Origin: Octopus vulgaris
Lineage: Eukaryota
Direction of reading: 5' to 3'
NCBI GenBank assembly: GCA_951406725.2
Contig: OX597820.1
Location: 109,492,001-109,556,000, forward strand
DNA length: 64,000 nt
Shown here one piece after another: positions 26,842 through 39,493 of the stretch (its first letter is position 1; each line of letters starts with the position of its first letter). A model generated the notes under the pieces. That model had not been told where the DNA came from, did no database searches, and was given only the letters and a program-made list of their open reading frames with translations. The position numbers were made by a program, and so were the translations under genes.

Positions 26842-28314
26842 CACACGCACACATACATACATAATATAAATATCACACAAATACACCTAGCATATATATA
26901 CACACATACAGCATGTAAGTAATATACATACACAATATATGCATGCAATATACATACGCAATACATACATATAATATATATATATATAGACAATGCATAT
27001 ACATATATACACATATACATATAAATAGTGTTTACATACACATACATAGATGTACCACATATACACACAACACACATACATACAATGCATACACATACAC
27101 GTACGCATACATATAATATATATATACACACACACACACATAACATACATACACACACAATGCATACATATATATATACACGCAATGCATATACATGTAT
27201 TCATGCACATATAGCACACCTACAATATACATATATACAGTGCACACATACACACAAATATATACACTTAATTGTACACGTACATATACAATACACATAC
27301 ATACAATATACATATACACAATGCGCATGCAAATAATGTACATGTTTATACACACATAAACATGCAAATAAATATACACACACACACACATACACACACA
27401 CACACATATATATACACATATATATATATATATATACACACATACATACATACATACATGCACATACATATATTTTTTCACACACATACACCCACATATA
27501 TATATATAAAAAAATGTTTGTATACTATGTGTGTGTGTGTGTGTGTTGTTGTGTGTGTGTGTGTTTGTGTGTATATATATGTGTGTGACAAACAGACGCT
27601 GTCTGACCAGCAGGCACCGACACATCTATTCACACCCGCATACTAACCTCCTGATAACCCCAAAATCATTCATGCATAAAGGGGAAGTATACACCACATT
27701 GGCTACTTCTTCTGTTCTCTCAGTTCAGCCTTTCTGCTAATACTGACAGGTCAGTAAAAACATACTTAAAATATTCTGAGATGTACAAAAAATCCATTTT
27801 AATTTTTGCTGTCAAAACGCTGTATATATATACCAAAGATTGTATATATATACATGTAATGTGACAATTTGCGACAACCAATAATTAACGCAACCAATTC
27901 CCAATAATATATTTGTTTTATCCTTTTCTGCCAAATTTTCCCAAATAGTCTCATCACACTATTGAACTTCTCTGTCACCAAACACTATATTTATACATGT
28001 AATGTGACAATTATGTATAAAAAAAACATTTTTGAATTCATAATATCCAATGTGACAATTATGTAAAAAACTTTTTTGAATGCATAATATTCAATGTGAC
28101 AATTATGTAAAAAACTTTTTTTGAACCCATAATATCCAATGTGACAATTATGTAAAAAACTTTTTTGAATGCATAATATTCAATGTGACAATTATGTAAA
28201 AAACTTTTTTGAACCCATATTATTCAATGTTTCCTTAAATGTAACTTTTGACAATCTTTTACCAAAGAGTGAAACCGGTTAAGTAAATAAACATCGTTTA
28301 AATTGCATTTTCAA
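25876..28314. repeat. Inverted repeat (~730-bp arms, 25876-26605 and ~27585-28314) around a CA/TA microsatellite; arms contain ~41-bp tandem subunits
   Basis: The two arms give identical ORF translations on opposite strands (26209+ and 27799-). Confidence 0.92.
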
Positions 28315-28323
28315 ACCTTTTTT

Positions 28324-28360
<37 letters not shown>

Positions 28361-28385
28361 ACATATATATATATATATATATATG

Positions 28386-28442
<57 letters not shown>

Positions 28443-28466
28443 GCATACATATATATATATATATGT

Positions 28467-28504
<38 letters not shown>

Positions 28505-28986
28505 AAAAAATGAAGTTCGAAAATGCTGCTATATTATACAATTTTTAATTTTTATATATACATTATAACATGTTTCAGTTCCTGAAATGAACCTTATCAA
28601 AAAAAGTTATATATAAAAAAAGACAGCTCATGCCGTCAAACACAAGAAATTCATTTATAATACACAACGGAGTCAGACATCTTAGAGTTCATGTATAGTT
28701 GATATATAGTTTGAAGTATGTTCATTCATGCTATATATTCAAAGTGTTTGATGCAGTGGCCCACAGTGGCGATACGTATTCAATACAAAAAACAGATCAA
28801 AGTGGTGGAAAGCAGTCAATACAGAAGATTGATGTTTCCGAAAGAGCGAGGAATTCATTTTTACCTTTAAGCAATTGTGATGACCCATGGTGGGTGTTCG
28901 CTGGGTGGTTCTGGTGTATATATATGTATATATATATACATATATATATGTATATATATATACATATATATATGTATATATATATG

Positions 28987-29041
<55 letters not shown>

Positions 29042-29063
29042 ACATATATATATATATATATGT

Positions 29064-29112
<49 letters not shown>

Positions 29113-29115
<3 letters not shown>

Positions 29116-29513
29116 TCTCTTTACTCTTTTACTTGTTTCAGTCATTTGACTGCGGCCATGCTGGAGCACCGCCTTTAGTCGAGCAAATCGACCCCGGGAC
29201 TTATTCTTTGTAAGCCCAGTACTTATTCTATCGGTCTCTTTTGCCGAACCGCTAAGTGACGGGGACGTAAACACACCAGCATCGGTTGTCAAGCAATGCT
29301 AGAGGGACAAACACAGACACACAAACATATACATACACATACATATATATACATATATACGACAGGCTTCTTTCAGTTTCCATCTACCAAATCCACTCAC
29401 AAGGCATTGGTCGGCCCGAGGCTATAGCAGAAGACACTTTGCCCAAGATGCCACGCAGTGGGACTGAACCCAGAACCATGTGGTTGGTAGGCAAGCTACT
29501 TACCACACAGCCA
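29113..29513 (-). mobile_element. SINE family A, essentially full length
   Basis: tRNA-like head at the 29513 end; tail ...ggccgcagtcaaatgactgaaacaagtaaaagagt; inserted in (TA)n. Confidence 0.85.
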
Positions 29514-29524
29514 CTATATTTATA

Positions 29525-29559
<35 letters not shown>

Positions 29560-29580
29560 ACATATATATATATGTATACA

Positions 29581-29637
<57 letters not shown>

Positions 29638-30018
29638 ACATATATATATATGTATACGTATTTATATCTATATATATATATATATATATGTATACATATA
29701 TATATATGTATACGTATTTATATCTATATATATATATATGTATACATATATATATGTATACATATTTATATCTATATATATATATATATATATATATGTA
29801 TACTTATTTATATCTCTCTCTCTATATATATATATGTATACATATATATATATGTATACATATTTATATCTCTCTCTCTCTATATATATATATGTATACA
29901 TATATATATATGTATACATATTTATATCTCTCTCTATATATATATATGTATACATATATATATATGTATACATATTTATATCTATATATATATATGTATA
30001 CATATATATATGTATACA

Positions 30019-30067
<49 letters not shown>

Positions 30068-30267
30068 GTATACATATTTATATATATATATATATATGTA
30101 TACATATTTATATATATATATATATATATGTATACATATTTATATATATATATATATATATGTATACATATTTATATATATATATATATATATATACATA
30201 TTTATATATATATATATATATATATATGTATACATATTTATATATATATATATATATGTATACATAT
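29514..30267. repeat. AT-rich microsatellite with a higher-order gtatacatattta unit
   Basis: Seen directly. Confidence 0.95.
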
Positions 30268-33045
30268 AATAAATATTAGGGAATAAATCCAAATTTACAG
30301 GGAAAAAAATCAGATTTAGGATTAAATCCAATTTTATAGTAAAATATTATATTATATCCATTCATAATTTTTTTAAGTAGTGTTGGTTTGCCGCGTGAAT
30401 ATAGTTTTTAATTCCATTTATTCTATTTCTCCATTCATAATTTTAAGTGACGTTTGCTTCCATGGCGCGTATTCTTTTTATACATAAGTTATGTTCCTAT
30501 GGTAACGTAATTTTGGTTTGGTTTTTTTAACGGCTTAGAATTTAATTTCACTTCATAATTTGAAACTGACTTGAAAGTATGTATATTATTTCTCCTTATG
30601 TCATATTGTTATTTTTGATATTCTGGTTAATTACGATGTATTTTATATATCGTTTATGTGTAATAATGTTGTTTTTCTTTGGAGTGTTTATGTATGTGAG
30701 ATTGTGTGTGAGTGTGTGCGTATTTTGGTTGTATAATTTGTTTATCTGTATGAGTGTGGGTGTGTAAATATTGTTGTATATATTGAGTTTGGTGAGTATG
30801 TATATGCGTATATGTGAGGGAGTGTATGTATGTGTTGTGTATGTGTGTTTGTGTGTGAATGTGTATATGGGTTTGTTATATAGGTTTGGGGATGTATGTG
30901 TTAATTTGCCTGTGTGGGGAGGGAGTGGGTTTTTGGTGTATATTGAGGTTTATACGTTAGTATAGGTATGTGTGAGTGAGGTGGGTATTTGTATAAGTCG
31001 TGGGTCTGTGGATTACGTGTGTGTATTTGTGTGTGAATGTTTAGGTTAGGGGGATTGCTATATAGGTTTGTTATAGAGTTTAGCAAAGGGAGATTTTATC
31101 ATTATATGTTTTTGTGAGTTTTGATTTATCATGGTGGTTTTATTAAGGAATTCGTAGTAATTTGTCTATTTACGATGTTTGTTGTTTTATTACATTATTT
31201 CATTCATAATTTTTGAGTGGGGTTTGTTTTACCACGTGAATATTATTTATTCCATTTCTCCATTCATAATTTTAAAAGATGTTTGTTTCCAGAGCGGGAA
31301 TACTTTTTATACATATGTTAGGTTCCTTGGTAACGTAATTTTGTTTGGTGTATATGTTGAGGCTTATATGTACTTGTGGGTGTGTGTGAGTGGGGTGGGT
31401 GTTTGTATTTGTTATGGGTGTGTGGTTTACATGTGTGTATTTGTGTGTGAATGTATAGGTTAAAGGGATTGCTATATAAGTATGTTATAGGGTTTAGTAA
31501 AGGGAGGTTTTATCATTTATGTTTTTATGAGTTTTAATTTATCATGGTAGTTTTATTAAAGAATCCATTCATAATTTTTTAAAATAATGTTAGTTTACCG
31601 CGTGAATATAGTTTTTAATTCCATTTATTCTATTTCTCCATTCATAATTTTAAGTGACGTTTGCTTCCATAGCGCGTATTCTTTTTATACATAAGTTATG
31701 TTCCTATGGTAACGTAATTTTGGTTTGATGTTTTTTAACGGCTTAGAATTTAATTTCACTTCATAATTTGAAACTGACTTGAAAGTATGTATATTATTTC
31801 TCCTTATGTCATATTGTTATTTTTGATATTCTGGTTACTTACGATGTATTTTATATATCGTATTATGTGTAATAATGTTGTTTTTCTTTGGAGTGTTTAT
31901 GTATGTGGGATTGTGTGTGAGTGTGTGCGTATTTTGGTTGTGTAATTTATTTATCTGTATGAGTGTGGGTGTGTTAATATTGTTGTATATATCGAGTTTG
32001 GTGAGTATGTATATGTATATGGTGTGTGTTTTACGTATGTATATTTGTGTGTGAATGTGTTTATGGGTTTGCTATATAGGTTTGGGGATGTATGTGTTTA
32101 TTTGTCTGTGTGGGGTTGAGTGGGTTTTTGGAGTATATGTTGAGGTTTATATGTATGTATAGGTATGTGTGAGTGAGGTGGGTATTTGTATATGTCGTGG
32201 GTGTGTGGTTTACGTGTGTGTATTTGTGTGTGAATGTTTAGGTTAGGGGGATTGCTATATAGGTATGTTATAGAGTTTAGTAAAGGGAGATTTTATCATT
32301 ATATGTTTTTATGAGTTTTGGTTTGTCATGGTGGTTTTATTAAGGAATTCGTAGTAGTTTGTGTCTGTTTGCGATGTCTGTTGTTTTATTGCATGTTTTC
32401 ATTCATAATTTTTAAGTAATGTTCGTTTTACCAAGTGAATATAATTTTTAATTCCATTTGTTCCATTTCTCCATTCATAATTTTAAGTGATGTCCGTTTC
32501 TAGAGCGGGAATGTGGGTTGTATGTGTGTGTGAGGGAGTATGAATAAGTATTGTGTTGAAGTATTTGGCTATTTTATTTATTTATCGTTGCCTAGACGTT
32601 TTTATGTGTATGTATAGGGATATATATATAGGTGTGTGATTTAGTGTATGTATTTAGATATGGTTATATATAATTAGTTATATGTGTATGGGTGTATATA
32701 TAGTTTATTTTTTGTTTTGTTTTATATTTTATATTTTATATTTAATTGTTGAAAGGTTTATTTTAGTTTATATATTGTTTATATATTGATTATATATGGA
32801 TTATATATAGGTTATATATAGATTATATATTTATATTTTTTTATTAATACTTTAATTATTTTAAAATTATTATTTTTATATTTTAAAATATTGATATTTT
32901 AGATTGGAAGTCCACCTGAAGATTGTCGATTAGGACAAGAAACAATTGTAGTGGCGGTTTTTTTGACTTTTTATTAAAATTTTATGTATTGATTAAGTCT
33001 TTCCTTGTTTGTTTTGCAAAATAGTGGTTTTGTCTCTAATAATAT
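30268..33045 (+). mobile_element. Non-coding GT-rich element with ~1.2-kb internal tandem duplication and terminal hammerhead (putative PLE derivative)
   Basis: atccattcataatttttt at ~30356 and ~31563; hammerhead at 32912; (TA)n on both flanks. Confidence 0.55.
32912..32954 (+). ncRNA. Minimal type I hammerhead ribozyme
   Basis: ccac CTGAAGA ttgtc-gattag-gacaa GAAAC aatt GTA gtgg: complete core, all three stems, palindromic loop 3. Confidence 0.8.
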
Positions 33046-33723
<678 letters not shown>

Positions 33724-33724
<1 letters not shown>

Positions 33725-35248
33725 CAAAATCAAATCAAATCAAAACAAATCAAAATAGATGAACATTAATGGAATTTGTATCTTTGTGGTACCAGTGCCG
33801 GTGGCACACAAGAAAACCATCCGAACGTGGCCGTAGCCAGTACCTCATCGACTGGCCTCTGTGCTGTGGGCACATAAACACCATCCGATCGTGGCCGTTC
33901 GCCAGCCTCATCTGGCACCTGTGTCGGTGGCACATAAAAACACCATCCGAAGACCCGGCAAGACTAGTCAGGCCATAACCCGTGGCCCCTACCTGGGATG
34001 TAGTCAGTCCACCTGTGCATTCCTTCCTTCTTGTGACTCTAGTGAAGACCTGTTGAGGCAAGTGAAAATCAAAACAAATCAAAATAGATAAACATCAATG
34101 GAATTTGTATCTTTGTGGTACCAGTGCCAGTGGCACACAAGAAAACCATCCGAACGTGGCCGTAGCCAGTACCGCATTGACTGGCCTCTGTGCTGTGGGC
34201 ACGTAACAAACACCATCCGATCGTGGCCGTTCGCCAGCCTCATCTGGCACCTGTGTCGTTGGCACATAAAAACACCATCCGAAGACCCAGCAAGACTAGT
34301 CAGGCCATAACTCGTGGCCCCTACCTGGGACGTAGTCAGTCCACCTGTGCATACCTTCCTTCTTGTGACACTTGTGAAGACCTGTTGAGGCAAGTGAAAA
34401 TCAAATCAAATCAAATCAAAACAAATCAAAATAGATAAACATCAATGGAATTTGTATCTTTGTGGTACCAGTGCCGGTGGCACACAAGAAAACCATCCGA
34501 ACGTGGCCGTAGCCAGTACCGTATCGACTGGCCTCCGTGCTGTGGGCACGTAACAAACACCATCCGATCGTGGCCGTTCGCCAGCCTCATCTGGCACCTG
34601 TGTCGGTGGCACATAAAAACACCATCCGAAGACCCGGCAAGACTAGTCAGGCCATAACCCGTGGCCCCTACCTGGGACGTAGTCAGTCCACCTGTGCATA
34701 CCTTCCTTCTTGTGACACTTGTGAAGACCTGTTGAGGCAAGTGAAAATCAAAACAAATCAAAGTAGATGAACATCAATGGAATTTGTATCTTTATGGTAC
34801 CAGTGCCGGTGGCACACAAGAAAATCATCCGAACGTGGCCGTAGCCAGTACCGCATCGACTGGCTTCCGTGCTGTGGGGACGTAACAAACACCATCCGAT
34901 CGTGGCTGTCCGCCAGCCTCATCTGGCACCTGTGTCAATGGCACATAAAAACACCATCCGAGCGTGGCCGTCTGCCAGCCTCGTCTGGCACCTGTGTCGG
35001 TGGCACATAAAAAACACCATCCGAGCGTGGCCGTTCGCCAGCCTCGTCTGGCACCTGTGTCGGTGGCACATAAAATCACCCACTACACTCTCGGAGTGGT
35101 TGGCGTTAGGAAGGGCATCCAGCTGTAGAAACACTGCCAGATCTGACTGGCCTGGTGCAAACCTTCGGGTTCCCCAGACCCCAGTTGAACCGTCCAACCC
35201 ATGCTAGCATGGAAAACGGACGCTAAATGATGATGATGATGATGATGA

Positions 35249-35250
<2 letters not shown>
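33724..35250 (+). repeat. Second tandem array of RTE 3' UTR units (four, ~330-350 bp) ending in a complete (tga)n tail
   Basis: Units start at ~33750, 34079, 34426 and 34760; same family as 16380-18820. Confidence 0.92.
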
Positions 35251-35290
<40 letters not shown>

Positions 35291-35292
<2 letters not shown>

Positions 35293-36400
35293 AGATGTAA
35301 AAAAAAATACAAGCTGGGACAAGAACGCAAAACATTTAGAAGATGATACAAAAAACATGGACGGGACATTCAAAGCCTTCAATCTTCAGTCAAGAACTGG
35401 ATCATCCTCACAATTTCGGCTGATTAATCTTGAGATTGCTCCGACCTGGCCAGCCCCAAAGGAAAATCTAAGCCAAGCGCATTAGATTCCTTGGAAGAAA
35501 GCCTCGAATGTATACAAAACAAGGACGGGAACGAATAAGAATACAAAAATACGTAAAAATAATAATGATAACATGAATAAGAATACGAAAATATGTAAAA
35601 ACAATAATGATAATATTAATTAAAAAAACAGGGCGTCACAGACAGGCGTCTTTTCGACAGGATGGGTGAACTTGAGCTGGCGCATTAGAAAAATGCCTTG
35701 AGGCGAAGCAAGAAAAGAAATGTATCTAGCCTCGGTGGCTGCTGACCACAAAAGGGAATGACAGCAGTCCAAAGTTAGTCATGTGTGAGGAGAAGAGAGA
35801 GGAAAAGAGGGACAGAGGAAGAAAGAAAAAAGTGGAACAAGGAACAAAGGAGGAGGAGAAGAGAGAGAGAAAGAGACAGATCAAAGTGGAGTGCAAAGTG
35901 TGAAAGGCAGAGAAATGTAGGAGAGGGGGAAGAGAGAGAAAGTGTTATAGAGTCGTACCAAGTTTAAAGAAAATATGTACTTACATACAAGACCAAAAAG
36001 GGTACGGGCGCCGCTATATATATATGTAGATGTAAAAAATACAAGCTGGGACAAGAACGCAAAACATTTAGAAGACGATACAAAAAACACGGACGGGACA
36101 TTCAAAGCCTTCAATCTTCAGTCAAGAACCGGATCATCCTCGCAATTTTGGCTGATTAATCTTGAGATTGCTCCGACCTGGCCAGCCCCAAAGGAAAATC
36201 TAAGCCAAGCGCATTAGATTCCTTGGAAGAAAGCCTCGAGTGTATACAAAACAAGGACGGGAACGAATAAGAATACAAAAATACGTAAAAATAATAATGA
36301 TAACATGAATAAGAATACGAAAATACGTAAAAACAATAATGATAATATTAATTACAAAAACAGGACGTCACAGACAGGCGTTTTTTTGACAGGACGGGTG
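35291..36400. repeat. Direct repeat of ~370 bp (35291-35665 and 36026-36400) flanking a purine-rich spacer
   Basis: Near-identical ORF translations at 35285 and 35975. Confidence 0.85.
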
Positions 36401-36962
36401 ATATATAGTTTTTTTGTTTATTATATAGACTGCACTGTGATGTTAGATATATATATTATATTTAAAAGAATAATTCAGGTAGGTTCAACAATTTAGAATA
36501 ATAATACAACATATTCTCAGCTGTAAGAATGGTGTATACAAATTATTAAAATATATTTAACGTATCACTCATTAAAATATTTTTAAAATATTAAAAATTT
36601 ACAGATACATAAATATATAAAAATATAATAGACATATGTGTGTAGAAAAACTATACTGTTGTATAAAAATATATCAGCATCTTAAAAATTGAAGACCTCA
36701 TCCTACTTACAGGTTAGGAGCGTTGTTAAAAAGATATAAAAAAAAGATGAAAAAATAAAAGTGTAAATCCTCACGAAAAAGTGAATAAAATGTTTATGCA
36801 TCCAAATGGAAAGTAAAGTTTCCAGTAATTAGATGGTGGTACTCCAGTTTCAAGAATCAAGTGGTGATACTCTGATGGCTGTTTCAAAGGTACAGTAATC
36901 CATACAAATAAAGGATATACCTATCCAAATTTATTTGTATGGATTACTGTATCCTTTATTTG

Positions 36963-37480
36963 TTAGTTTTTGTGTGTGGCAGATGCACAGGGGCAATAAA
37001 CACCAAATATGTGCAGAAAACAGATTCCATCACATACCAGAGGGAAAAATTAGAAGTAGTCGATAGCTTCTGTTACCTAGGTGACCATGTCAGTAGCAGC
37101 GGTGGATGCTATGAGAGCGTAACTGCTAGAATAAGAATAACCTGGGCAAAGTTCAGGGAGCTCCTACCTCTGCTGGTAACAAAGGGCCTCTCGCTCAGAG
37201 TGGAAGGTAGACTCTATGATGCATGTGTGTGAACAGCCATGCTGCACGACAGTGAAACATAGGCTGTGACTGCTGAGGACATGCTCAAAAGAAATGAAGC
37301 AACTATGCTCTACTGGATGTGTAATGTCAGTGTGCATACACGACAGTGTAAGTGCTCTGAGAGAAAAGTTAGACATAAGAAGCATCAGATGTGGTATGCA
37401 AAAGAGATGACTGTACTGGTATGATCATGTGTTGTGTATAGATGAGGACATTGGAAGGAACCTGTGGAAGAGGTAAACAT
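36963..37480 (+). mobile_element. Degenerate RTE family 1 C-terminal fragment
   Basis: [13 protein letters not shown]...[11 protein letters not shown]. Confidence 0.8.
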
Positions 37481-38175
37481 AATGTCCTGTACTTTTCCAG
37501 ATTTACAATGTTAAGAATATTTCTCTTGCTTGCATTTTTCCATGTAATCCATGTTTTTTCCAGGCTATGCTATTATGCTAATTAATAATGTGTCAATTAG
37601 TGGTGTCATTGATAATTTTTTCCTTACCTCAACGAGGCTGGTGACATATATTAAAAGTCCCCTTATAGAACTATATTCATTAAAAAAAGTATAGAACTAT
37701 ATTATCACCCTCAAATTTCAGAAGCTAACACTCATAATTGCATGAGATTGATACCAAGAAATTCCTCAAATTGAGCTCTGTCTTTTAAGCTTAATTAAAA
37801 TATAGTTTATTTTTAAAATAAAATAGTTAATTATACTTAAATCCAATTTTTTGCCTTATTATATTTTTGTTCATGATAATGCTAGTATATATATATATAT
37901 ATATATCTCGCTAAGATAAATATATTTTGCTTTTAAAATTCAAAAAAAGTTATTTAGATCTAAACTTGATTGGTGGCATTACTTACTCTCCTATAATGTT
38001 GCTACAAATTTTGATGTAAACTTTTTTCTACTCGACGAAATCTCAATTTTTTATGCCAAAATGTTAACGGTTTTCCATTTGGTTAAGAACTGAATTAGCG
38101 ACAAGCCCTGAAAGATGCTGTGTGTGAGTAAATTGTGGCCTTATGAATATTATTCAACTACTTCCGAAGTTGAAT

Positions 38176-38236
38176 GATATATATATATATATATATACAT
38201 ATATATATGTATATGTATATACATATATATATATAT

Positions 38237-38268
<32 letters not shown>

Positions 38269-38280
38269 GTATATATATAC

Positions 38281-38318
<38 letters not shown>

Positions 38319-38547
38319 GTATATATATGTGTATATGTATATATATGTGTATATGTATATGTATATGTGTATATGTATATGTATATATGTATATGTATAT
38401 GTGTATATGTATATGTATATATGTGTATATGTATATATGTATATGTATATATGTGTATATGTATATGTATATATGTGTATATGTATATATGTATATGTAT
38501 ATATGTGTATATGTATATGTATATATGTATATGTATATATCTATATG

Positions 38548-38579
<32 letters not shown>

Positions 38580-38925
38580 TGTATATGTATATATGTATAT
38601 GTATATATGTATATGTATATGTATATATGTATATGTATATATGTATATGTATATGTATATATCTATATGTATATATATATATGTATATATATATATGTGT
38701 GTATATATATATGTCTGTGTGTATATATATATGTGTATATATATATGTGTATATATATATATGTGTATATATATATATGTGTGTGTATATGTATATGTAT
38801 ATATATATATGTATATGTATATATATATATGTATATATGTATATGTATGTATATGTATATATGTATATGTATATATATATGTATATGTATATATGTATAT
38901 GTATATATATATGTATATATATATG

Positions 38926-38994
<69 letters not shown>

Positions 38995-39006
38995 GTATAT
39001 ATATAT
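38176..39006. repeat. (ATATGT)n/(AT)n microsatellite
   Basis: Seen directly. Confidence 0.95.
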
Positions 39007-39280
39007 AATGATAAATATCAAAGTGAGTTATATACAGTAGCAGTAACACATAGTGACGTATATTTGCCATTTCAATATGGCTACCCCTAAGGGTGGATGC
39101 TACTGTAGTTTTTAGCCCCAGGAGGACACACTTCTCCAGCTGGCCATAGACACACTTTCTGTGTCCTGTCAGTATTTGCAAAGGGAAGTCATCCTTCCCG
39201 TCTTCAACTTATGATACACACGGACTTGAGTTTCGAGGTATTGACCTCTCGTCAGCGTGTGACAATCATAGTTGTCGGCG
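39007..39280 (-). mobile_element. Partial hammerhead-containing 352-bp repeat unit (retrozyme-like); ribozyme at ~39217-39261
   Basis: Reverse complement of ~44684-44957; cacacg CTGACGA gaggt caat acctc GAAAC tcaa GTC cgtgtg. Confidence 0.85.
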
Positions 39281-39493
39281 AATTTCTTTATTACGATTAG
39301 AAAATCATTACATAGAAGGACAATACAGGACATACATACAAAAAACAGTTAAGTGGTTCGATTAAAAATTTTCCATAACATTTGGATTATTCATTATACA
39401 AAATTTGTATTTAAATTGTCCTTTGCATGACCAATAGAACATTACAACATTACATTAACTTGCGATCTTACCGATATTTTAAACCCCGGCAAC

